From contig NC_092680.1 of assembly GCF_964355755.1 (NCBI RefSeq), forward strand, positions 3,410,001-3,474,000: 64,000 bases of DNA, given 5' to 3'. Source of the DNA: Antedon mediterranea (taxonomy: Eukaryota > Animalia > Echinodermata). The translations under genes and the position numbers were made by a program. The notes under the pieces are model-generated. The model was not told the DNA's origin and made no database searches. It was given only the letters and a program-made list of their open reading frames with translations. This document shows, one piece after another, positions 27,199-39,436 of the stretch. Position 1 is the stretch's first letter. The number at the start of each line of letters is the position of its first letter.

Positions 27199-27972
27199 AA
27201 ATGAAGGATAAATAAAGAAATCAGAAAAAGAATGAAGAAATCAGGAAAATGATGAAGGATATATAGAGAAATCAAGAAAATTATGAAGGATAAATTGAGA
27301 AATCAGGAAAAGGATAAAGGATAAATAGGGTCATAAAAGGGATGAAGGATAAATAGAAAAACAAGACAAATTGTGAAAGATAAATAGAGGAATCAGAAAA
27401 AGCATGAAGACTAAATAGAGAAATCAGGAAAATGATGAAGAATAAATAGAGAAATCAGGAAAGTGATGAAGGATAAATAGAGAAATCATAAAAGGGATGA
27501 AGGATAAATAGAAAAACAGGAAAAATGATGAAAGATAAATAGAGAAATCAGAAAAAGCATGAAGGCTAAACAGAGAAATCAGGAAAATGATGAAGAATAA
27601 ATAGAGAAATCAGGAAAATGATGAAGGATAAATAGAGAAATCATAAAAGGGATGAAGGATAAATAGAAAAACAGGAAAAATGATGAAAGAGATAAATAGA
27701 GAAATCAGAAAAAGCATGAAGGCTAAATAGAGAAATCAGGAAAATGATGAAGAATAAATAGAGAAATCAGGAAAATGATGAAGGATAAATAGAGAAATCA
27801 GGAAAATGATGAAGGATAAATAGAGAAATCATAAAAGGGATGAAGGATAAATAGAAAAACAGGAAAAATGATGAAAGAGATAAATAGAGAAATCAGAAAA
27901 AGCATGAAGGCTAAATAGAGAAATCAGGAAAATGATGAAGGATAAATAGAGAAAAAGGAAAATGATAAATAG
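27199..27972. repeat. Purine-rich ~31-bp satellite with a 5-monomer higher-order repeat
   Basis: Monomer gatgaaggataaatagagaaatcaggaaaat. Diagnostic variants recur in fixed order about every 155 bp. Confidence 0.92.
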
Positions 27973-28774
27973 CATTAGTTCAGTTCTTTCAAGTAATATA
28001 CATTTTAGAATTTATTCCGTGCTAAATTATATTAAGATAAAAGTATATTAAAAACCCAAACTAATTTTAAAGTTTCACACACTACAGTAATACATAATCA
28101 AAAGATACACAGACATATGGTATTTAATTTAATGAAAGATGAATTTACAATGAACATGTTACTTTAGTCAACAGAGATACTAAGCACCAGCATGTAATTG
28201 AGTTATTATAAACATTGTTGCTGCTATAAAGTAATTAATCATCATTGTAAGGGTAAGTAAGAAGTTGATATTCACATGACGTTCGCATTGCCATTGATTT
28301 ACTGATGTCTAGATATGACGATATCTTCTGCAATCTTTTCAACCCAACAGTGTGAAACATTTATCAAAAAATTACTGAAAAATGTAATGCCAAGGAACAT
28401 GTGTGATTAGAAAATAAAGTTAAAGGAAATGTTGCGTATTGTTCATTTGATAGGCTAAAGATAACTCTTCAGAAAATACATTAATATTTCTAACAAGTTT
28501 TTTTTACATTATTTCTTTTTCTATGGATACTGAAAAATAAGGAATAAATGAATTTATTCCAACTTTATTTAGAGAGTGTAAGCCTTCCAGCTGAAACCAT
28601 TTTCCGATATTTCAGTGGTCCTTTTTAATTTATGAAGTGTTTCTCTGTACCTGAAACAGGTTACCAGGAACAAGACTGCATCGAATTTTCATCATTCTTC
28701 TTTTTCTTTGATTTTAAGAGTGTTAGAATCTACAAGTAGAAACTATAGTGTAAACAAAATGAGCAATAATTCCG

Positions 28775-28920
28775 CCTTCTTAAACGAAGACTAACTTTAG
28801 TACTGACCTTTCTTAAACGAAGACTAACTTTAGTACTGACCTAAAGTTATGATTTAGTCCAGGATTATCCTAAAACAGTGTTCTTTAAAGAAGACTAAAT
28901 TTAGTCCTAGACTGAACCTG
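28775..28920. repeat. ~34-bp direct duplication plus a divergent third copy
   Basis: ttcttaaacgaagactaactttagtactgacct twice, then aaagaagactaaatttagtcc. Confidence 0.75.
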
Positions 28921-29037
28921 TGTGTAGATAGTGTAACAAAGGGAGTAATAATATTACTGTATATAACCAAAGTATTTTCTCTCAGGGTAAGAAATTTAAC
29001 AAAAAAAATAGGTGACATGTTTATTTAACCTAATTAA

Positions 29038-29214
29038 AGGTTCTTTTACACCTGTTCCAGCACGGTTCCATTACAGTGTAGGCAAATCAAGTCGAACGTC
29101 AGTGTTTCGTTTTCACATGGTTATGCAGCAATTCATATGCGCGAAAACAAAACATTAATATTTGATTTGCCGCCGCCGGACTGGAACCATGCAGGAACAG
29201 GTGTTAAACACCCT
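29038..29214. mobile_element. MITE family G, PIF/Harbinger-like
   Basis: TAA|AGGTTCTTTTACACCTGTTCCAGCACGGTTCCA ... TGGAACCATGCAGGAACAGGTGTTAAACACCCT|TAA. Long imperfect TIRs and a 3-bp TAA TSD. Confidence 0.8.
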
Positions 29215-30259
29215 TAATAAGGAGGAGATAATACTCGAGCATGAGATTATACTTGCTTGTGTATGATATATACTGGATCAGTTTGTATTTTTTGAGAATG
29301 CTACTTTAACATATTTTTGATGATGTGAGTTGCATAGACTTTAGTATGTGAGCTTTATTTGTAATGAAGACTACATAGGAATTGACAATGTACGACTTAG
29401 AAGTGTAAATCATAGTGTAACAAAGATAATTCAGAATTTGGGGATAATAATATATTTTACTGGTTGCGATTGTATCCGTTGATTTATGTCCTTGTATGGT
29501 ATACAAATTTGTCAGATGAACCGTGATTTATTCATCTGAATGTCTTCATTGTTTACAAGACAATTGTCTACTACATGTTAAAGCAAGTATTATTTTTTAC
29601 TTTCTCAACAAGATCTTTTACATTTATATATTCTTATGATATATCTAGGTCAAAAAAAACGTTATTTTTCGACAACAATTAGAATTTGGAACACAAATTT
29701 TATTTTGCAACAAATTTGAATGCGTCGTTAAACCTGTGTCCACAAAAGACACATCCGTACATTTTATCCTTTTTCAAATTTATAAAGATCCTTACAATTA
29801 TATTTATAACTTTCAAGTTTTTAAATAGTATATAGGTCAATCATTTCAAATTATTTTCATTGTTCAATAACCTAGAATTAGTCAACACAAATCTGGTATT
29901 TTTTATAAATTTAAATGTTAATCCTTTGTCTACCAAAGGCACATATATTTTAAAAAGTTAATACACTATCAGATAGACAGTAGATGTTTTGTGGTGTTCT
30001 AATTCTTATAAGCTATGTTATATGACCGTCATATACCTTGAGCATCTAAAATTGTATTTATAAAAAAACAAGCACAAGTAGTATACGTATAAAACGGCAT
30101 ATGTGACAATTATTGGAATTGCTTTTTTTAGCTCAAAAATGTTGATGGACGTACCTTCATATTGACACTATCATGCCAAATTTTGATAAAAGGTTCCCAT
30201 CATTTAAATATTTTCTATTGATTTTAGTCATCTATCATATTAATTGTTATAATTTCTTA

Positions 30260-30399
30260 AGCTCTGTCTACACCATCAAACTGTATGTGTTAAAAAAAAT
30301 GTGATGTGCCCAAATATGGTAATATATATGACATCATCATGTCCATATATGGGCACATCACATTTTTTTTCACATAAAGTTGGATAGTGTAGACAGATT
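30260..30399. mobile_element. MITE family B, full copy
   Basis: agctctgtctacaccatcaaact...agttggatagtgtagacagatt. Confidence 0.88.
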
Positions 30400-31339
30400 T
30401 ATAAGAGAAATTAGAATTATTTTTAAATTATATTTAAAACTGACAATAAAAAAAACATAAAGCATTAAAAATCAAAAAATTTTTGTGAGACGAGTAGAAT
30501 GGTATTGAACATGCACCATAATGTCACATGTATGTAAACAGTAGTAATGAAAAGAAAAATTTCAACAACATTTCTTGATGAATTTCAGCGATAAAACATA
30601 AAGGTTTCGATATGACCTATTTCAAAGTAATATTAAAACATATAAAATTGATTCGATTTACCAAATTATTGTACTGAAATAATTTAATTATAAAAACAAA
30701 TACTCTCCGGAGACTTGTTTAGTACAGAAAGAAAATTATATGTTGACATTCTCGTTAGAGTAACAAAGGAAAAAAAATTCTTTCAAATGCTTCAAGTACT
30801 GAAAGTGTGATGGCTTATGGGTAATCGCTCAGTTTAACCTTTAATGAACTCTCGTTTCGATATTTAAGTCGATATAGAGGGAATGAAACCAGACAACTGA
30901 CATTTTGTGCAAAAAAACACAATTAATGCGATTGTGTCAAATAATTGTTGACGTTGTTATCAATATCATCATAGTTTATAATCATAAGAATTATTCTAAA
31001 TCCTGATATGAAATATTATTTATTGTATCAATTATTTTGCTTTTTATAAAATATCTTCTATTTTTTTTAGAAATAAGTATATTTAAAATTGCTTCTTAAT
31101 ATTTCCACAAACTAGTATTCCGGAAGAATAATTTTGAGGCAATATTTTGTTTGTCTTAACAAACAGAAGATTTTCAACTCTGCAAGCTTGCTTAGCTTTG
31201 GGGAAATGTCAAAACCACTTAAATGTGTGTTTGATGTGGCGAGAGCCAAATAAATGTGATATGTCAAGATCGACTCATTTCACTTTAGGCTACAGGCTTC
31301 AAACTCATCTAAAAAGCTACTGAGATACAGCTCTTCCAT

Positions 31340-31700
31340 ACGCAGTGATTGACTTTTTATATCCGGCCACTGACTATGATTTCCATCAATTAATCATCAT
31401 GAGCATTCCCTCTGTAAATGCACGCGTATATATAGATATGTCGTTATTGATTCGGGACCAGTCAATACGGTCCCAGCACGTGTAATTATAGATTAAGAGG
31501 TCGTGATGTAGTTCAGCACGAGTATTGTGGATCAATGTGTGCCATTAGTTGCCGCGTTTGTTTTTGGCGGTCTATCGTCTATTGACGTCACCATATGCTT
31601 AATTAACATTTACTATTCGCCAGCTGAAATAGGTGATCTGGCGGACTTATCACAAGCAGCGTAAGATAACGACAACAACTTACAATATCTCTGCGGCTTT
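31340..31700. promoter_or_regulatory. Candidate enhancer (CpG-retaining island with homeodomain and CRE motifs)
   Basis: Locally CpG-rich within a CpG-poor domain. Contains TGATTGAC, ccatcaattaatca (TGATTAAT on minus), CACGTG and palindromic TGACGTCA. Confidence 0.3.
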
Positions 31701-32762
31701 TGCAATATTTAGAAGCATATTATAAACGACTCCCTTTAGTAACATTTATATCCTTCAGGTCTCAACAGCCAGATTTAAACAATTATTTGAAAATATTCCC
31801 TCTTGAGAGAATAGACATATACTAATACTAATTATATATTTTAATTAATTGAATATGCAGATTACTGTTTTAGAATATTATTTACTAAATTTGTGAAATG
31901 TGTAAAAAAAAACAGTGTTTTACTTTTAAGAAAAATGCCACATTTTTAATAAAAATAATGTATTATTACATTCCTATCTGCATAATGTTCAGATACCAAT
32001 AATATGTATATGAAATATTGCTTATGACAAGTTAATTTATTGTGACAAATTTAGTTTAATAATTAATAATGAAGTATTAATTTCTTTTTTAAAATCTAAA
32101 TATTTTTTATTTATAGTTATTTGATTTGGAGTAATTTTATGTCTCTTTTAAACTTTGGAATTATTTGTTTAAACTGGTATAATTTTTAAGGCAGCTAATG
32201 GATAACAATGTTTACTTTGTAATTAATTTGTTTAATTATTAAATAAGTTAGTAATGTTTACCCAACTGTAACAACATTTGTTTCAGCAACAATCACTTGT
32301 CAGCAACACAAATATTTACTTATTAATGAATAATTTATGAGCGAACCATGCTGCTTGGCTAACCCATTAGGCACTACATCTATTTAACCACTGTCATATG
32401 TAATAATCAATATATTGATTAATATCCCCTCTAGCTTTTTAATATTTTGAAACCCCCATTTCTCACAATCCTCATCTATTGAAACTTTTTGTAAGAACAA
32501 TTATGTATTGTATGTTCAAATTTGTATTTATTTATTTTTTGTAAATAAAGTTTTAAGGATTTTTAATGTAAATGAACTTGCAAAAAACAAGAAATATGAT
32601 TGAGAATATATTGGTTTTTTCTCTTTTCAGTCTTGAAAATTATATTCAAAATCAATATAGTATTTTTATTTATTCAGCACTTTAACAAGAAAATTTAAAT
32701 GCTAATTGAAATATTCAAAACTTATTTCATGTGTTGTAAAGCAAGCATTGTTATGAAGCTTA

Positions 32763-32896
32763 AGCTCTGTCTACACTATCAAACTTTATGTGACAAAAAA
32801 AGTGTGATGTACCCATATATGGACATGATGATGTCATATCACTACCATATTCGGGCACATCACACTTTTTTGTCAAACTAGTTTGATAGTGTAGAC
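32763..32896 (+). mobile_element. MITE family B, near-complete copy
   Basis: agctctgtctacactatcaaactttatgtgac...gtcaaactagtttgatagtgtagac. Confidence 0.9.
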
Positions 32897-33624
32897 TTTA
32901 TGATTTGAAACCATGACTCAGGAATGCGAAAATACTAATCAGCGTGTCAATTTATTTAATTGGTAATCTTTTCAATATATTGTTTTCATTTAATTAATTT
33001 TTTTTATAGAAAAAGAAAAGGAGAAAGACGGCTCCACAAGAATGTCTCTAGAATCAAGATTTCCAGAAAAGAACTGGCAAGAAGCAATTTCATTTTTCAA
33101 AGGAACCTCATGACAACTGTTGGCGTCATTTCAAAAGTAACAAAACATGTTGCTATAGAAAATTTCTATGACAATGGCTGAAAGTTCATGTGTTGCCATG
33201 GTTATAAAACAATATAACTTTTGACGAAAGTTATTGATAAAACCAAATTAATAACTTTTACATTATGAAGTATTGTTTTTATGGATGGAAATTGATGTTT
33301 CTATTGGGTGTACTTGGTGATGTTACTATGGAGACAAACATTATGTTGTAACAGTAATGCGCTCTGATATGAAGAAACTAAACTGTTGAAAGTTGTGCTC
33401 AGTGTTAAAAATTAGCAAATAAGTGTGCCAAACAAAAGAGCCTTGCTAGCATGCTCTGCTGAAATATTAACTAAAAGTCAATTTTATGAACAAAAAAATA
33501 AATATGCAATTTTTTAAAGCTGCAGTTTTTCTCCAATATTGCTACTTAAATATTTTTTTGTTTGCACTCTTACAAATCTACATTATTTGTATACCTTTTC
33601 CAAGGCTATAGTAAAAAAGATACT

Positions 33625-33912
33625 TACAATAAAACTTCTTTTTTTGGACACCCCCATTTAGGGAACACCCCTATTTAGGGGACACTCCTATTTAGGGGAC
33701 ACCCCTATTTAGGGGACACCCCTACTGTATTTAGAGACACCCCTGTTCAGGGGGCACCCCTATTCAGGGAACATCCCTATTAAGAGGATACTGGGAATTG
33801 AAAGATGAGCAATATATGTTTTAACACTAGCCAACCTCTATTCACTGGACATCCTTATTAAGATACACTTTGTTTTTGTCCAAAAAGTGTCCCTTTAATA
33901 GTGGTTCTACTA
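33625..33912. mobile_element. MITE family C (Tc1/mariner-like) with an internal ~20-bp tandem array
   Basis: Internal ggggacacccctatttagg units. Right end gtgtccctttaatagtggttctacta is inverted relative to the left. TA-flanked CAGT-like termini. Confidence 0.7.
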
Positions 33913-34932
33913 TGTTAAATAGTGGTTGTATTTAACATACAGTAACCAGAGACACCTGTAGAGTGTAACCTCCTGTATGAACACTAGGGCATGACATTGA
34001 GGATGACAACATTGATGTCACATCAACAACCCCCAGGCAAAGGTTTAATTCAATTAAAAGGTTCCTCATCAAGACACAAACCTTCACCCTCCATTAATCA
34101 AACATTGTTGGTACAAAGCTCTCAAATCACCCACTTTTAAATAGCTATTAGGCTAACATTTAAACACAATAAGCCATTCATTGTTCTAATGTCAAAATAT
34201 GTTTGTTTTTTTAACTTTGAAAGTTATTCATTCATCAGTGAAAAATTACTTCCATTTATTGTCATTTGCATATAAAATATGCATAGAAATTATGTTTGCT
34301 CTGAGATATACAAAACCATTATCAACTGAGATACATTGAAAATTGTATATATATACTGATTCACCTGTGACTGGTCTAAAAAGAAATATGTTCCAATTTA
34401 AGACATAATAAAGTTAACAAATAAACAGATAAACTTCAGTATACTGTACAAGTTGCCATCGATCTTGAGTGTGTCGCCCTCTATTATTCTAACAACATCT
34501 TTTCTAATGGTTTAGCAGTGTAAGCAGCAGATTATTAGAGCATTACTAAAACAACTGTAGTTTGTCTTCAAGATTATAAAACAAAACTCTGAAATCCCGT
34601 TGTTTCTCCGTCTTTAATTTACGCCAAAGCCAATGTCCTCGTAAAATCCGTGGAAACATGAACACTTCCCGAGCGGATTACACTTTTTTCTTTTTTTTTT
34701 TATTATGAAGAATACAGCAATATTTGCATGTACGCAAGATTTATATTTAAACTTTTAAAAAGGAAATGTATCCATTGTAAAATATGAGTTAATACTTTAT
34801 GTCCGTACTGGCGTTTTTGCAATGTATTAGTGAATTATCCTTTTAAGCGGTTATTACGAGGCTAATCAACATTATACGTACAAACAACATGACTGTGTAT
34901 GGTGTATATAACGCTCTGGGTTTATAAACTAA

Positions 34933-35054
34933 AGCTCTGTCTACATTGTCAAACTAGTTTTTAAAAAAGTGTGATGTTCCCAAATATGATATGCCCATAT
35001 ATAACCACATCAGATTTTTTTTGTAACATAAAGTTTGATAGTATAAACAGAGCT
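34933..35054 (-). mobile_element. MITE family B, internally deleted copy
   Basis: TAA|AGCTCTGTCTACA ... TATAAACAGAGCT|TAA, a clean 3-bp TAA TSD. Confidence 0.88.
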
Positions 35055-35104
35055 TAACATTTATTTTGTCATTTAAAATGTACTATGCATTGTATTCTGA
35101 TTAG

Positions 35105-35415
35105 TATATGTGAAACACCCATTAAAGGGACACATTTAGGACCAAAAAATTGTCCTTTAAAAATAGGGGTGTCGCCTTAATAGGAGTGTTGTACTGTATT
35201 AACATACAATGTTTATAGTATACGGAAAGTATAGTATTGTATAACCTGTGCAATGTATTTTATATGGTTGAATACAAAATAGTAGAACTCCTATTGAGAG
35301 GATAACTCCAGAATTCAACAAAGTGTCCCTTTAATAGGGGTTGGCCGTAGTGTTATTACATATACTTTCGCACGTTTCATGAAAACGTGTCCCCTGTATT
35401 AGAGGTATTCTAATA
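35105..35415. mobile_element. Two degenerate MITE family C copies
   Basis: acacccattaaagggacac...gtcgccttaataggagtgttgtactgta, and agtagaactcctattgagagga...gtgtcccctgtattagagg. Confidence 0.55.
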
Positions 35416-35493
35416 TATACAGATCTTATAGTATACTACATACTATGCAGTATATATGCATTATGATGTACAATATACAAACAAATGTAGGGT

Positions 35494-35544
35494 TGTGGGG
35501 TGTGGGGGGGGGGGGGGGTCGGTTTGGGGGGTTTGGGGTGGGTG
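35494..35544 (+). repeat. G-rich tract with G-quadruplex potential
   Basis: Several G runs of 3 or more, including a long poly-G. Confidence 0.7.
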
Positions 35545-36190
35545 TTACATAGTGAATTCTGTGTGAATTATTACTGTATATGTGTATTGTATATTGCATA
35601 TACATCAAAATGTAGCAGAACTTTAGTTCAAGTTATTTCCAAAGGCTTCTTTTTCCAGATAATTGAATATCTGAAAATGCATTTTTTAAACCAAATTTGT
35701 GAAAAATTGTATATTTAGTTTATGAATTTTATGCTGTATAATTGTGATGTATTTATTAATATTTTTATCTATTGTTACAAAAGTTGTTATTTGTTTAGAC
35801 TCAAGTTTACACTAATGAATACATATCATTTATGCATCTACACACTCTATAGTAGTTTCTAATTGGATATACTATTTATAAAACTATGGTTATTGAAATT
35901 ATTTAGTTATTATTATTATTATTTCTTTTTGCAAGCCATAAAACATAGGCTTGTATATTACGTTCTTTGTAGTAATAATAATTTATCATTTCATCATCAA
36001 ATTATTAATTAGGATTTGTAATAACGTGGGATTAACTATGGATTAGTACATGACGGGGCAAGATTAGCTTTATCCCTTTTCTTTCTTCGTTTTAATTAGT
36101 TTCGTGTTGTTGGAAAAAAAATCAATATTTTCTTTTACAGAACCGCCATAACTGATAGAATATTTAAAACATTATTTAATATATATTTAA

Positions 36191-36499
36191 AGATATATTA
36201 TCCCCCAAAAACCTGAAAAATAAAGATTAATAAAATCTGACTGTGAATAGCCCTTTTTGCAGTTTTAATAAAGATATCCACTTCTGTAGAAAAAAAATTT
36301 TTTTTTATGAAAACAAAATAAATGGTCAAATTCAACCAAAAATCTATTGGATGGCATCCATTTTTTAATGCAATTCAAGTAAAAAAAATTGTTTTCAATT
36401 CAATTTTTGGTTCAAAGTGAATAATATTATGTGACATTAAAATAAAATATTCAACAAAAGAAATTTAAACACATTTTTTTTTTCAGTGGGACAATATCT
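36191..36499 (+). mobile_element. MITE family A (Kolobok-like), full copy
   Basis: TTAA|AGATATATTATCCCC ... GGGACAATATCT|TTAA. Confidence 0.82.
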
Positions 36500-36881
36500 T
36501 TAACATTATGTAATAAACATTTAACATGAGTGTAGTTTCATATAGTGTATAATTAACAATAACACTAACAGGGTAATTAGAATGTAGACATTTTGACCTA
36601 TAAATCGGATAGCTAGACTGAAATAGGCCTATACCACATAATGTATGAATTAACTATATGATAAAACGTAAACGTTTAAGTAATATTTCATGAGTTCATG
36701 AGACATTGTTTTAAAGTTTATTTCGTTAATATTTTTTTTTCTCGATATAAAAGCGGTTATGAAGGCCTTCGGAAGTGGCCTTTGAAAACTCACTGTATGT
36801 AATGAAATACGGTATACAGACAAAATGAATCTGGAATTCCATTAATAACAAATTATATAATTTAAACAATAAACATTTTAA

Positions 36882-37093
36882 GGATGTATTGTCCCACAAA
36901 AAAACATTAAAATGAAGAGAAATAAATTTAGACCATTTTGCACTTTTAATAAAGTTATTCACTTCTGTAAAAAAAAACCAACAAAGTAATTATTTAACTT
37001 ATAAAAAGACAAAAGAAACAAACAATTTAAAACATTAAAATGGCATAATCAACAAAATAATTGAAAAATGAATTTAGGTGGACAATATCTATC
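36882..37093 (+). mobile_element. MITE family A, internally deleted copy
   Basis: TTAA|GGATGTATTGTCCC ... aaaatggcataatcaacaaaa ... ggacaatatctatc|ttaa. Confidence 0.72.
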
Positions 37094-38305
37094 TTAACAT
37101 TTTAGAAAACATAATGATATTTTATTTATAACAAATAAATAATATTAACATTAGTTCGCGTGTGTGTGGCCGTTACGGTATAATATCATCTGTTAATAAA
37201 AACACCTTATTACAACGAAGCCCAGCAAATCGTAGATGGGTCATTGGCTACGTTATATGATTATAGTAATATGACAAAGTTATTGTCAATAAAGTTGATA
37301 AAACAGATGTTTAAATTAATACCATATTACGGTAGTTTTTAATCTAAAATGTTAAATTTCAAATATGACATCTGTTTGTTACATCACAGCGCGCGTATAC
37401 TACCGTTATTATTTTTTCACATGTTTATTTTTTATTTTTTTGACGAATGCGTTTTCACCTTTATACGAGATCAAAACAATATTTTTACATAATAAACCGT
37501 ATTCATCATCATAAAGGTAGCCATTTACGAAAAGCGTTAGTCTTCGGCGAGATAAACGCATTAAAATATCCTTTTAAAAATAAAAATACATTTAAAATAC
37601 TAAATGAATACCATTTTAACATCTTACATTAAAAAGTTTTCTTGAATTTTGATTTCAAAATAGACCTTTTAATACAAACTCAGTTGGCATAGGTAGGTAG
37701 GGAGATGTTTCTCTAATAAGTAGGATCTTGAAACCTTTTACCTTTTTTAAAAAATATAAATAAATAAATAAACAATCGTAACACCACCAACAACTAACCC
37801 ACTTATCATGCCCCCCCCTCCCCCTTCCCCTATCCCCCATAAGCCATATAAACTATTGGTTTATGTGTGCCGATTGTTATTAGTAAATGTTTAAACAATA
37901 ATTTTGCCAATAACATTTATTTTCGTGAAAGTCTTGTACTAATGTTTGCGTGCGTATGGCGCCTTGTTTGACAAGCGACGTAAATCTTAACTGTGTTATA
38001 AAAAAATATAATAATTTTGTATATAATAATACTAATTGCCTATAACTGACGCACATAAATTAAGTTTAGGCCTAATATTACGGGTTTAGTTTTGGCGAGT
38101 GCAAATGTTTTTTTTTTCTTTCAGGTTGTAAATTTTGCTGTTTTAAGAAAATAAACTTGAGCCATATTTGTTAATCGATTTTGCGTCGTTTGTTTTATTG
38201 TGTAATAGGCCTATGTTTATTTCTTTAATACTTGAAACACACTACATGACTAGATAATGATATGGTCACGGAATGATGCAATATAGTATGGTATATGGTA
38301 ATGAA

Positions 38306-38511
38306 TGGTCGTTGATATTTTTCGGTCACTGATGTTTTTCGGTCGTTGTTGTTTTTCGGTCGCTAATATTTTTCGGTCGCTGATACTTTTCGGTCGCTAA
38401 TTCTTTTCGGTCGCTAATGCTTTTCGGTTGCTGATATTTTCGACCGCCGATATTTTTCGGTCGCTGATGTTTTTTGGTTGCTGATGATTTTCGTTCGTCG
38501 TTGTGTTTCGA
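38306..38511. repeat. ~17-bp minisatellite, ~12 degenerate copies
   Basis: Unit gatatttttcggtcgct and variants. Possibly subterminal repeats of a DNA transposon. Confidence 0.9.
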
Positions 38512-38751
38512 TTCAGTAGACTTATTATTTTTAACTAAATAGTAAATTTACTGTTTATTTTTATTGTCCATGCAAAATTATGTCTAATGCAACAGTTACA
38601 AAAAAACAATAGATAATATTTATTTAGACCTAAATTGCCTTCGATCAAATTATATTTTTTAAAGAAACAAACAAACCGAATAATATTTCTTGATTTTTTT
38701 TTTCTTTTTCATGGTTTACGTAATGGTGTTCTAACTTTCTTTTTTAAATAG

Positions 38752-38797
38752 CGTAATAAAAACAAGCAGCAGCAGCATGCAGAATCCTTCTCTACAG
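38752..38797 (+). other. Candidate 46-nt exon (unverified)
   Basis: Branch point CTAAC at 38731, polypyrimidine tract, AG acceptor and a perfect CAG|GTAAGT donor. Contains ATG CAG AAT CCT TCT CTA CAG (MQNPSLQ) ending in phase 0. Confidence 0.35.
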
Positions 38798-38884
38798 GTA
38801 AGTTTTTAGTTCTGCTTATTGTCGAAAATGTTGACCAGAAATGTATGCTCAGAATTTGTATGATTTATTTCTTTTTTATTTTTA

Positions 38885-38954
38885 AATGCGCCTTGAGCAC
38901 TCTGGAGTGGTATGTGCGCTATAAAAATCTTATTATTATTATTATTATTATTAT
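38885..38954 (+). mobile_element. 3' terminus of an L2-type LINE/SINE
   Basis: GCGCCTTGAGCAC...TATGTGCGCTATAAAAAT followed by (ATT)n, typical of the L2 3' stem-loop and microsatellite tail. Confidence 0.7.
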
Positions 38955-39344
38955 AACTAAGATATACCCAGACCTAGCGTATGTGTCGTCTTCCTCCCTG
39001 ATGCATTTTAGAATTTATAAACTGTTCCACAGCCACTGTATTGGTTTTATTTTCTTGTAAATTTAGTTTGTATATACTTACATTGACGGCATTACTAAAA
39101 TAGCTCCTGGCGTTTGGCCGGCAAAAGCGGTTGTTTCGTTGCTATGAGGACTTGAACTGTTGTGGCAAATTAATATTTTGCTCTTATTACTTGAGTGTTA
39201 AGTATAATGTATTAAAAAAGGAATTTAAATTTTAAAAACCAACTCTCCACATTATGACTAAAATTAGGTTAAATATAAAATAAACTTTGATTACATTTTC
39301 ATAAAATGTAACGGTATCATTATTATTGGAACATTACGATATAT

Positions 39345-39436
39345 ACTGTAAAGCTCAAAATGTTCGCGCACCTTTTATTTTCGCGGTTGAACAACGATCG
39401 CGAAAATATGAAGCATTAACATAATGATATACAGTA
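39345..39436. mobile_element. Short TA-flanked MITE relic (Tc1/mariner-like)
   Basis: tactgtaaag...ttttcgcgg...cgcgaaaat...tacagta, with inverted termini and inverted internal motifs. Confidence 0.5.
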
